A DNA stretch of 12,343 bases from Promethearchaeota archaeon. GTDB lineage: Archaea; Asgardarchaeota; Lokiarchaeia; Sigyniarchaeales; SOKP01. Position 1 is the stretch's first letter, and the number at the start of each line of letters is the position of its first letter. Of this stretch, positions 1 to 7,647 are shown piece after piece. Under the pieces are notes generated by a model that saw only the letters and a list, made by a program, of their open reading frames with translations, did no database searches and had not been told where the DNA came from. Position numbers and translations under genes: made by a program. The DNA is taken from contig JBHLPW010000099.1 of assembly GCA_048939015.1 (NCBI GenBank), positions 1 to 12,343 of the forward strand, read 5' to 3'.

Positions 1-79
1 AAATAAGACAGAAAATGTTGATTTATTTATCCCATGTAGATGAATAATATCAGGATTTATTGTTTTGATATATCTTTTC

Positions 80-307
80 TCAATCAATTCCACGAAATTT
101 TATTAATAGGATCACACCAACACAGACAAGGATAATAATCGTTACTATACTAATTATATATATCGAACCAAGTACCATTCTTGTTGCATATATTGGCATT
201 CCAATCCGTTCATATAAATTAGGGAAAATAAATATCGAGATAAATAGTGATATCAATTCTCCACCTGCTATTCCGAACAAAATAAATCCAATATTTCTCT
301 TTTTCAT
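80..307 (-). CDS. Small hypothetical membrane protein (2 predicted TM helices)
   Basis: 75-aa ORF with a basic N-terminus (MKKRN) and two hydrophobic stretches (IGFILFGIAGGELISLFISIFIF; VLGSIYIISIVTIIILVCVGVILLI). Confidence 0.65.
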   Translation of the reverse strand: MKKRNIGFILFGIAGGELISLFISIFIFPNLYERIGMPIYATRMVLGSIYIISIVTIIILVCVGVILLIKFRGID

Positions 308-414
308 TTTTCAAATAACTGGGTTTTTAATTGCATTAATGACTTCTTTAGACATAAATTATGATTATACCTTTTATTTTAAATAATAATAAAATAGTAA
401 GAAAAAAAAAAGAT

Positions 415-849
415 TTAAGGAGTTACTGTTAATGCTTTTTTATCAAAATCTTCTGGATCTCCACCTTTCTCCATAAATTCAGCAAATCTCTTTAGGCTAT
501 CAAGAAGCATACCACCTGCGGAAGTAAGAATTTTAGAATTTTTTTCATCTTCAAATTCTCCCCAAAGTAAAGCATTGCATAGATCGCCCTTTGGTTTTAA
601 TATATATCCCATCTTAGTAAAGATTGATCCCTCTATATCGAGTGATATCTTTTCATTTTCAACTTCTTCTACACGATTAGAGATTAGATCTCCTAAGGTA
701 CTTTTAACTTCCCACCTCTTTGGTCCAATTGATTTTAATTCATTTACAGTTAAGTTCCATTTAGCTTCATAAGTATCACCATCAATTAATATATCATAAA
801 TAGTCTTTGCTGAAGCTTTTATATCATCATTAATTTCGACTCTTGGCAT
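415..849 (-). CDS. SRPBCC/START-like (helix-grip fold) ligand-binding protein
   Basis: N-terminus VEINDDIKASAKTIYDILID...W matches the SRPBCC pattern (I.A....V...L.D......W). Internal EEVENEKISL strand and a C-terminal helix (LLDSLKRFAE). Good Shine-Dalgarno upstream. Confidence 0.7.
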   Translation of the reverse strand: MPRVEINDDIKASAKTIYDILIDGDTYEAKWNLTVNELKSIGPKRWEVKSTLGDLISNRVEEVENEKISLDIEGSIFTKMGYILKPKGDLCNALLWGEFEDEKNSKILTSAGGMLLDSLKRFAEFMEKGGDPEDFDKKALTVTP

Positions 850-853
850 ATCA

Positions 854-860
854 TCACCTC
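854..860 (-). promoter_or_regulatory. Shine-Dalgarno site GAGGTGA for the SRPBCC gene
   Basis: Minus strand reads GAGGTGA-TGAT-ATG; matches the archaeal GGAGGTGA consensus, 4 nt before the ATG at 849. Confidence 0.7.
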
Positions 861-1052
861 AAATTTGTTGCATGTATATTAATGACATATTAGTTATTAT
901 ACATTTGTGTCGGTTAAAACTTCTGAATTTGATAGTATATTATTTGATTACTGCTTTCCTAATTATTTAGAGTTAACCATAGTTTTATATATCGAATTGT
1001 GATCATTATCCATACAACATTTAACTTCAAAAAGATGGAAGAATGAAAAAGG

Positions 1053-2732
1053 ATGAAGAAAATAAAGTTGATACTTATTCTACTTTCTTATGTCATTCTC
1101 TTTAATTTTCAGTATTTGTTGATAAATTCTGGAGTAAATATGAGTTATAAGCCTAATTCCGAGATTTCTGTTCAGACCGGTGCTGCTCAATATGAGTGTA
1201 TAGACGCTTGGATCATTATTGGGGGAGATAAACCATCACATGCTGAATGGGATTTAGTATTATTAACATGTGAATGGGTTTATGATCAAGCATTAGCATG
1301 TGGTAATACTCCTGATGAAATAAGAATGTTAGTTCCACTATATTCTGTCACATACACGGACCGGGAATATGCGGCTACTTCTCGTAGTAATTTAGATAAT
1401 ACATTTAATATATGGGCACCAAGTAAGGTTGGTCCAAATGGAATTTTAATGGTTTATATACATGATCATGGAGGAACCGATGGGATGGCAATGGCTCCTT
1501 TTCCTGGATTAGCTTCTTGGGAGGTTGATGCATATTTAGATAGTTTTGAAGCAGCTTCAGGATGTGACCGGATCATTGTTGTTTATGAAGCATGTGCTTC
1601 TGGATCTTGGTTAGATGATTTAAGTAAATCGGATAGAATAATTATGACTTCAACGGAACCTGGTTATAGCGCATGGTGGAGTCCGATCCCACCTCATATT
1701 TCAATGTTCGGAGAAGGTCTTTATAAATCCATCCTTGCAGGAAATTCTGTTGGAGATGCTTTCGTGGATGCTCACCATGAGATTAAAGCTTTAGGTTATG
1801 AGGTGCAAAACCCATGTATTGAGGATAATCATGATGGTGTTGGACATATAGTAAACGCATGGGGACAACTTCCAAGTTCAGGAGATGGAAATGATGCAAA
1901 GAACACATTCTTATGTCAGGGATGTCCTCCTATTTTGATTCAGGCTCCGCAAGTCATATTTGCGCCATTAAAATTTTGGGTGGCACATGACCCCGCAATG
2001 ATTAATTTCCCAATTTCAATAGGAGTTGATAATTCAACAGACATTTCAAAAGTGATTTGTAGAGTAATATCTGAAGATTGGACACCCCCAGAACCGACCG
2101 ATAATTTCAACAATGAAACAATGGTACTTTGGGATGAGAATGAAATGTTTTTTCAATGGGAATTAACTGATCCTGATGGTGATGGTAATTTTTCTGGAAC
2201 AGTAGAGATCTTGTCCCCAAGCCGTGATTCTGACTATAAACTAAACTTTATTGTGGAGGATGTGGATGGAAGACGCAGTCAGATTGTTTCCACTAAAATA
2301 GGGGTTAATTCAGATGGAAATGCTCCAGTAGATACTGTTGATCCTATAGTAATAATTACAAATCCAGCCGAGAGAGCAGTATTGACAAGTATTGTTAATA
2401 TTACAGCAGAAGGAGATGATGATCAGGCTCTTGATAAAATTCAGATTTATTTCGATGATACTTTAATGAAAGAAGAAACAATGCCTTCGTATTATCCTTA
2501 TCCAGAAGTAATCTATAGTTTAAATACGTCAAAGTATAGTGATGGATTACATACTATTAAAGCTGTTGCGATCGATACGGCAGATAATACTCAAGAAACT
2601 TCAATTATAGTTCAAATTGGAGAAGATGAAATACCAGGCTTTCAAATAACATTAATATTCGGTGGAACAATATTAGGAGTTATCATAATCTTTATCACTT
2701 ATAGAAAAAAGAAATTGGATTTGCACGAATAA
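1053..2732 (+). CDS. Secreted C13-family (legumain-like, clan CD) cysteine peptidase with Ig-like domain and C-terminal IPGF-TM-basic sorting/anchor tail
   Basis: N-terminal signal-like segment (MKKIKLILILLSYVILF). Catalytic motifs YIHDHGG (His139) and VYEACASGS (Cys181) resemble legumain DHG / EACESGS. DxDxDG-like loops (DNHDG, DPDGDG). Bacterial Ig-like domain from about 2331 to 2620 (DTVDPIVIITNP...DGLHTIKAVAIDTADN). C-terminus IPGFQ-hydrophobic-YRKKK. Confidence 0.85.
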   Translation: MKKIKLILILLSYVILFNFQYLLINSGVNMSYKPNSEISVQTGAAQYECIDAWIIIGGDKPSHAEWDLVLLTCEWVYDQALACGNTPDEIRMLVPLYSVTYTDREYAATSRSNLDNTFNIWAPSKVGPNGILMVYIHDHGGTDGMAMAPFPGLASWEVDAYLDSFEAASGCDRIIVVYEACASGSWLDDLSKSDRIIMTSTEPGYSAWWSPIPPHISMFGEGLYKSILAGNSVGDAFVDAHHEIKALGYEVQNPCIEDNHDGVGHIVNAWGQLPSSGDGNDAKNTFLCQGCPPILIQAPQVIFAPLKFWVAHDPAMINFPISIGVDNSTDISKVICRVISEDWTPPEPTDNFNNETMVLWDENEMFFQWELTDPDGDGNFSGTVEILSPSRDSDYKLNFIVEDVDGRRSQIVSTKIGVNSDGNAPVDTVDPIVIITNPAERAVLTSIVNITAEGDDDQALDKIQIYFDDTLMKEETMPSYYPYPEVIYSLNTSKYSDGLHTIKAVAIDTADNTQETSIIVQIGEDEIPGFQITLIFGGTILGVIIIFITYRKKKLDLHE

Positions 2733-2820
2733 GTAGAAATATCTTAAGAATTTATTTTCATAGGGATTTATCTCAAATTTTATTTAGAAAATTTGATATC
2801 GGATATTTATTGCAAGTAAT

Positions 2821-3294
2821 CTATAATTTTAGACCCATTATTAATTCATCATAGATTTCTTTACCTGTATATTCAAAACCGCATTTTCTATAAAATTCTC
2901 CAGCATTACCGTCCGATTTAGAATGACTTGTCAAAAGTTCTTTTGCTTTTGGTCTACTTTTTACATGATTGATTATAAGTTCCATTGCTTCCTTACCATA
3001 ACCCTTTCCTTGATATTTTGCATCAATCATAAACCTCCAGAGAAAATATGTAGGACGGTGATTTGGATTAGATCCATATTTTAATGAGCTATCGCTAATC
3101 ATTACAAAACCTATGGGTTTTTTATCGGCGTAAATTGCTCGAAACCAAGCATCTTTACTAAAATAAGCCTCAGCTAATGATTTGGCATTAGAAGCAACTA
3201 AATTTTTCTGTTCTGGTTTAACATCTAATTGTAAAACTGACATTAAATTAAGTTTAGAGATTTTTTTTAAAGATATTTTGGGTAATTTACTCAC
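2821..3294 (-). CDS. GNAT family N-acetyltransferase (spermidine/spermine acetyltransferase-like)
   Basis: Acetyl-CoA motif A (RFMIDAKYQGKGYGKEAM) and motif B (NAGEFYRKCGF); N-terminal VASNAKSLAEAY. The GTG start overlaps the TPR gene end by 8 nt. Confidence 0.9.
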   Translation of the reverse strand: MSKLPKISLKKISKLNLMSVLQLDVKPEQKNLVASNAKSLAEAYFSKDAWFRAIYADKKPIGFVMISDSSLKYGSNPNHRPTYFLWRFMIDAKYQGKGYGKEAMELIINHVKSRPKAKELLTSHSKSDGNAGEFYRKCGFEYTGKEIYDELIMGLKL

Positions 3295-4921
3295 CTATTA
3301 ATTCTTTAAATTCTTTTGAGTCCTTTATCCCATCAAAATTTTTATCTTTAATTGCTCTTTCTATAAAATTTTCATCAAGCGTTATTATTTCTGCTAGGAT
3401 TTCCAAAGCTTTTTCTTTATTATCTCTTAGTGCTTCAATAGAAGCAATATTATATAAAATTTCACTATTTGTTGGGTTCTTTTTTAAAGCTTTATTCAGA
3501 TAATATTCTGCTTTTTCGAAATTTTTCAAGGTCAAAAATAAATAGCCAAGATTGTTCTGAACTTCAGAAACATTGAATTTATAGCTTTTGGGGTCTTCCC
3601 TTGCATAGTTCTTAAAAATCTTTAGAGCGTCAAGGTACATTTTTTCTGCATCCTCAAATTTTTGTAATCTAGTATATAAGGTTCCAAGGGAATTCTGGAT
3701 AATCGCATTATTATACATATATACTTCTGGATGTTCCATAGCTAATTGAGAAGATATTTCTAATGCTTCATTGAAATATGGTACAGCTTCATCAAATCTA
3801 TTTAAACTAGCATATAAATCACCAAGATCTAATAAAGTTAAAGTTAATTCTGGGAACACCTGATCGGGATAATGATCAGCAATACTTCTTTTAATCTTCA
3901 ATGCTTCAAGGTGCATCTTTTCTGCCTCTTCATATCTCATCAATTCACTATAAGTGAGGCCAAGATTACTATGAGTTTTCGCAATGTCAAGTAAGTACAT
4001 ATCATAAGTTATTTTTGCTAATTTTTTGTAATTTTCTATAGAATCAACAGTCCCATCTTGAATATCTTCAATTAAATCTAAATCGATTCCACCTTTTCCA
4101 TATTCATTCGTCATAGGAGGTGCTTTGGGTAGATATATATCATAATATCTTTTTAGTAACTCATTATATCCTCTTAAATCATCAAGATATGATTTTTCTA
4201 CATCACTATATTCTTTTGAATGAAAATCAGGTGAATGTGCATCATAATACTGTCGTTGTAACTCTTGATATGAATCTAAAGCATCACTATATATATTTTC
4301 AGCCTCATCAAAACGTTTTAAGTCTATATATAAGGTTCCGAGGTTTTTTTGAGTTGCAGCGATATATGGTAAATATATTTTATAATATTTTTTTGCAAGA
4401 TTTTTATAAATATCTAGAGCATTGAGATAGATTTTCTCTGCGGTATCAGAACTTCCTAAGATAGATAATAAATTACCCAGTACAATTAAGATTGGTGCTT
4501 TGTATTTATCCTCAAGTACAAATAATTCTTCAGCAATATCAATTAATCTATTATGAGTCTCATCGAATTGTTCTATATTATTTGCAATTGTTAGGAACTC
4601 ATCAACATATTCTTCGGAGGGATTTATTTTTACTTTATGATAAAGAATCTCAATTTCATCATAAAGTGTGATTTTTCTTTTTGCCTTATAATATTTTAGA
4701 GCAATTTCATGGTGTTTATTCTCTGCAAGAATTCCAAGCATTTCTTTTATCAAGGGAAACGGAAAATTGTATATTAGATCTTTTGCTTTTCTTTGTTTTA
4801 ATATTCCAGTTTCCAATAATTCTTTGAAGCTACTCTCAATATTTGGCAGTTTATAAGAAGTTATAAGATTTCTTTTGTTAATATTAGTCTCAATATCAGT
4901 ATTTATTATACTTAAAACCAA
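3287..4921 (-). CDS. Tetratricopeptide-repeat protein; true start uncertain, frame is open to 5140
   Basis: Multiple long TPR units (NLGTLY...RFDEAE..Y..AL..Y..L) and a terminal YNIASIEAL...ALEIL...AIKDKNFDGIK...EFKEL capping domain. The listed TTG start is preceded by 73 more sense codons. Confidence 0.85.
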   Translation of the reverse strand: MVLSIINTDIETNINKRNLITSYKLPNIESSFKELLETGILKQRKAKDLIYNFPFPLIKEMLGILAENKHHEIALKYYKAKRKITLYDEIEILYHKVKINPSEEYVDEFLTIANNIEQFDETHNRLIDIAEELFVLEDKYKAPILIVLGNLLSILGSSDTAEKIYLNALDIYKNLAKKYYKIYLPYIAATQKNLGTLYIDLKRFDEAENIYSDALDSYQELQRQYYDAHSPDFHSKEYSDVEKSYLDDLRGYNELLKRYYDIYLPKAPPMTNEYGKGGIDLDLIEDIQDGTVDSIENYKKLAKITYDMYLLDIAKTHSNLGLTYSELMRYEEAEKMHLEALKIKRSIADHYPDQVFPELTLTLLDLGDLYASLNRFDEAVPYFNEALEISSQLAMEHPEVYMYNNAIIQNSLGTLYTRLQKFEDAEKMYLDALKIFKNYAREDPKSYKFNVSEVQNNLGYLFLTLKNFEKAEYYLNKALKKNPTNSEILYNIASIEALRDNKEKALEILAEIITLDENFIERAIKDKNFDGIKDSKEFKELIGE

Positions 4922-5140
4922 TAGTAATTCTATGGTTTCCTTATTTGATAACAGAATATCAGAAATAATTCGTATATAAAAAGTTTGTATTTCAATTAAC
5001 TCACTCTCAGAATTAAAGGGTTTTAATTTATCAAAGTCGATTCTATTATAATTCTTTTTAATTAGTTTTATTAACCCGGAGTGTTCTTCTGGAAGCTGTT
5101 TAATTAATTCAACAACTTTATTTGGATATCTTACTTTAAA

Positions 5141-5803
5141 TCACTTCTTTTTCATTTTTAAGTCTTTTCTAAAATAAGAATCTCCATAGGAAGTATATAA
5201 AACGGCTGCAGGATTATGAGGATTTGATCTATCTTTTGCAATTAGAGTACTAACTGGAGCATTTGAGAGTTGGGTAAAGGTAATATCATGTCCGACGCAT
5301 AAACCAATTATTAAATTCAAATCTGTTTCTGCTTTATTTAAAATTAATGCTTGAGCAACAGGATTACAAGAAACAATTCCAAGAGGATATCCTGTTTTGG
5401 AAAGATTAGTGTAGTCTTCAGGAACTTCCAGATCTGTTTTTTTAATGCTTCCATTTTTACAGCAAACAGAACAAACTTCAAAACCATATTCAATTAAGAT
5501 TTCTGCTGTTTTTTTTGCTTCTTTTCGTAAACCAACACAAAATGCTAATCCAATTTTATTATATTCCATTCCTTTTGCAAATTCAATAGTATCTTTTAAA
5601 CGAGGCCAGTGAATATAACCAGATGCTTCTATGATGGAAGCTACTTTTGTAGTTCTTTTTATGATCTCATTTGTTTTGTAAATTTTCAGTACTTCCTCTT
5701 CGACTTCAGGACTCAAAATCATAGGACAATTTCCTATATTTTCGTTTTGTTTCTCTATGGTGCAAAAATTAATGCTATTACATTTATGACAAGTAGGATC
5801 CAT
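5141..5803 (-). CDS. DUF1847 family cysteine-rich putative metal-binding protein
   Basis: Motifs CHKC...C...CP, PRLKDTIEFAK.M.Y.KIGLAFCVGL, VCCK.G, CNPVAQA.ILN, GLCVGHD, LIAKDR...HNP. Confidence 0.85.
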   Translation of the reverse strand: MDPTCHKCNSINFCTIEKQNENIGNCPMILSPEVEEEVLKIYKTNEIIKRTTKVASIIEASGYIHWPRLKDTIEFAKGMEYNKIGLAFCVGLRKEAKKTAEILIEYGFEVCSVCCKNGSIKKTDLEVPEDYTNLSKTGYPLGIVSCNPVAQALILNKAETDLNLIIGLCVGHDITFTQLSNAPVSTLIAKDRSNPHNPAAVLYTSYGDSYFRKDLKMKKK

Positions 5804-5853
5804 ATTATTTCCCTTTTTGTTTTCATTTTTGATTTGATTTGTAAATAACTTTA

Positions 5854-5907
5854 CTATTTAAGAATTTTTCTCGTTACTAAATCTATTTCAGCTAATTCTA
5901 ACTTCAT
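5854..5907 (-). pseudogene. Degenerate duplicate of the ogg 3' end (17-codon mini-ORF MKLELAEIDLVTRKILK)
   Basis: Aligns to the Ogg C-terminus LKLNLAELDL[YLWYL]ETGKILK* (5998-6066): 12 of 17 residues identical, a 15-nt in-frame gap, and the stop at the same position. Confidence 0.7.
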
Positions 5908-5924
5908 TATTACAATTTTTTTAT

Positions 5925-5946
5925 TCGTGAAATTTATCTTTCACGA
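5925..5946. repeat. Perfect 8-bp inverted repeat TCGTGAAA-N6-TTTCACGA
   Basis: Arms at 5925-5932 and 5939-5946, extendable by about 4 bp with a one-base bulge; intergenic between ogg and DUF1847. Function unknown. Confidence 0.6.
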
Positions 5947-5997
5947 TAATTACTATTTAATGGTTATAATTGACAAATTTACTAGTTAAAACTCAAT

Positions 5998-6624
5998 TTA
6001 CTTAAGGATCTTTCCTGTTTCTAAATACCATAAATATAAATCTAATTCTGCTAAATTCAATTTTAGTTTATTTCCAATTTCTTTCAGTATATTTTCAATC
6101 TCGAGATATTTAGATTTACCTAACGATTTAGGTTTTTGAATTAGATTATAACTAACTAAAAGATCTATAATATGAAAATCGATTATAGCATAGTTTTTGT
6201 ATCCTATATTTCTTAAAAAGTGACTAGCTTCTTTATAGCCAATCCCTTTAATGTTTTTTACTATCCATTCTCGTAAATTCTGATCATCACTTTCAATTTT
6301 TAATTTATTTTGTAATTCTTCGATCTTCTTTCGTGCCTCAAATATATACTTAGATCGCACATTTGGAAATCTATATTTATATTCTTTAAATTTAGATATT
6401 AATTCTGTTTCAGGAAGGGTTAGAAATCCAACACCCATCCTTTTCTGAACTTCGATACATCGTTCTGCACTACAATTTGCGGTAGTAATGCAAAAACACA
6501 ATTCATTGAATATTAAATCAAACTCTTGATTTTTAAATTCTCCAAAATCCGCGATACGTGCATCAACTAAATTTTTGACTTCGCTTGTTTTAAGTGCTTG
6601 AATTTTATCTAATAACTCTAGCAT
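5998..6624 (-). CDS. ogg: 8-oxoguanine DNA glycosylase/AP lyase (OGG2 type, HhH superfamily)
   Basis: FNELCFCITTAN, YRFPNVRSKYI, helix-hairpin-helix IKGIGYKEASHFLRN with catalytic Lys, AIIDFHI with catalytic Asp, and LDLYLWY..TGKILK ending in the C-terminal Lys typical of OGG2. Confidence 0.95.
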   Translation of the reverse strand: MLELLDKIQALKTSEVKNLVDARIADFGEFKNQEFDLIFNELCFCITTANCSAERCIEVQKRMGVGFLTLPETELISKFKEYKYRFPNVRSKYIFEARKKIEELQNKLKIESDDQNLREWIVKNIKGIGYKEASHFLRNIGYKNYAIIDFHIIDLLVSYNLIQKPKSLGKSKYLEIENILKEIGNKLKLNLAELDLYLWYLETGKILK

Positions 6625-6732
6625 TTCTCAGAAAGGGGAATCAAATTTAAAAGTAATCTATTAAAATTTTTAGGAATTTTAAATAATTATTATTTAGAAA
6701 AATAAGTAAAATGGATTAAATACAAAAATTTA

Positions 6733-6849
6733 GCGGGAATTGCCAAGTCTGGTCAAAGGCTATTAAGATTTTATCAAAAGCCGATTTTAGGCGGTGGACT
6801 CAGAATCCATTCTCAAAGGAGTTCGGGAGTTCAAATCTCCCTTCCCGCA
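6733..6849 (+). tRNA. tRNA-Leu (anticodon CAG), intron-containing; CCA not encoded
   Basis: Acceptor stem GCGGGAA/TTCCCGC plus discriminator A; D arm GCCAAGTCTGGTCAA^AGGC; anticodon arm GTGGA-CTCAGAA-TCCAT; long variable arm; T arm GGGAG-TTCAAAT-CTCCC. The cloverleaf forms after removing 32 nt. Confidence 0.96.
6757..6788 (+). other. 32-nt tRNA intron at non-canonical position 21/22 with a BHB motif
   Basis: Central helix GGUC(6751-54)/GAUU(6783-86); bulges AA^A (6755-57) and UU^A (6787-89); intron helix GGCU(6758-61)/AGCC(6779-82). Cutting after the second base of each bulge restores the D arm exactly. Confidence 0.85.
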
Positions 6850-6859
6850 TTTTTTATTT
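6850..6859 (+). terminator. Oligo-T archaeal terminator after tRNA-Leu
   Basis: TTTTTTATTT directly follows the discriminator base. Confidence 0.55.
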
Positions 6860-6919
6860 GTGATTGTCAAAATAATAATATAGTAGGAAGATTATATAGT
6901 ATTATATATTGAAAACCAT

Positions 6920-7615
6920 TTGAGTAGTAAAATGCCAGAAGAAGAATTGCCAGAGTCAGAAAAAGAGAGAATTATAGTTTTTCAATACAATGATCAATTG
7001 AATGAGTTCCAAGAATTAGAGCTAGAAGAAGATGTTGAGATATCTGAGTTACTGGATCCTGACTTTGTACTCCTTATTGTTGACCCATCTAGATTTAGAG
7101 TCTGGATTTGGCATGGAAGCAACACAACAACACGAATGAGATTTATTGCTGCCCGGTTAGCTCCAAGTATTAGAGACAGGTACGGAATCGGTTTTAAGAT
7201 ATCAGCTGTAGACGAGGGGAATGAAACCCTAGGTTTCAAAGTAGCAGCTAAGATGGAAGAAGAACCGGATTATGCAGAAGCCCAAACGGGACCCGCATAT
7301 AAAGAAACTGCGGAAGATTTAGAATTGATAGAAGCGTTATCTAGAGAAAAAATACTATTACTTTTAGAAAAAGCAGGAGTTCCAGAAGGATATGACCGAA
7401 AAATGGTTATAGTAAAAAATAAAATATTTGGTTACAAAGAATATGATAGAAATTACTTAGGTTCAGTAATTAAAGAGAAAAAGCTCTTTCCATTAAAAGA
7501 AGAAATTGATGATGGTCCATATTTAGCGGAAAATTATATCCCAAGAATGCTTTTTTCTTATAATAATGTTGTTTTAACTGAACTTCTACAAAAATCTGAG
7601 AGAAATAATAATTAA
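6920..7615 (+). CDS. Gelsolin-domain protein with C-terminal extra domain (Asgard 1DGelX-like architecture); start may be the ATG at 6932
   Basis: LLDPDFVLLIVD....VWIWHGSNTTTRMRFIAARLA..I...ISAVDEGNET..F matches the gelsolin repeat consensus (L.S.DVFILD...IYVW.G..S...E...A...A...V.EG.E...F), followed by about 115 aa of unrelated sequence. Confidence 0.8.
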   Translation: MSSKMPEEELPESEKERIIVFQYNDQLNEFQELELEEDVEISELLDPDFVLLIVDPSRFRVWIWHGSNTTTRMRFIAARLAPSIRDRYGIGFKISAVDEGNETLGFKVAAKMEEEPDYAEAQTGPAYKETAEDLELIEALSREKILLLLEKAGVPEGYDRKMVIVKNKIFGYKEYDRNYLGSVIKEKKLFPLKEEIDDGPYLAENYIPRMLFSYNNVVLTELLQKSERNNN

Positions 7616-7647
7616 TTCCAATCTTATCTCTGGTGCGATATAAAATA

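Noticed and set aside
1-68. Possible 3' end of a + strand gene entering the window
   Set aside because: Two frames are briefly open (to 43 and to 68); too short to choose between them or to support either.
575-772. 65-aa + strand ORF
   Set aside because: Antisense shadow inside the SRPBCC gene; Ser/Phe-rich with no motif.
4120-4425. 101-aa + strand ORF
   Set aside because: Antisense to the TPR gene; no recognisable features.
5141-5143. Firm selenocysteine call at the DUF1847 UGA
   Set aside because: Non-redox context at the natural end of the domain and no SECIS that I could identify; kept only as a minor alternative.
5609-5848. 79-aa + strand ORF
   Set aside because: Antisense overlap with the well-supported DUF1847 gene.
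6764-6784. Nested second intron using GGCU/AGCC as the central helix
   Set aside because: It would leave 11 extra nt with no splice motif; a single 6757-6788 intron explains the structure fully.
6820-6849. tRNA 3' end as an integration site of a genomic island
   Set aside because: No duplicate of the tRNA 3' end and no integrase seen in the window.
6994-7239. 81-aa - strand ORF
   Set aside because: Antisense shadow of the gelsolin gene; its poly-Ser mirrors GAA/GAT codons.
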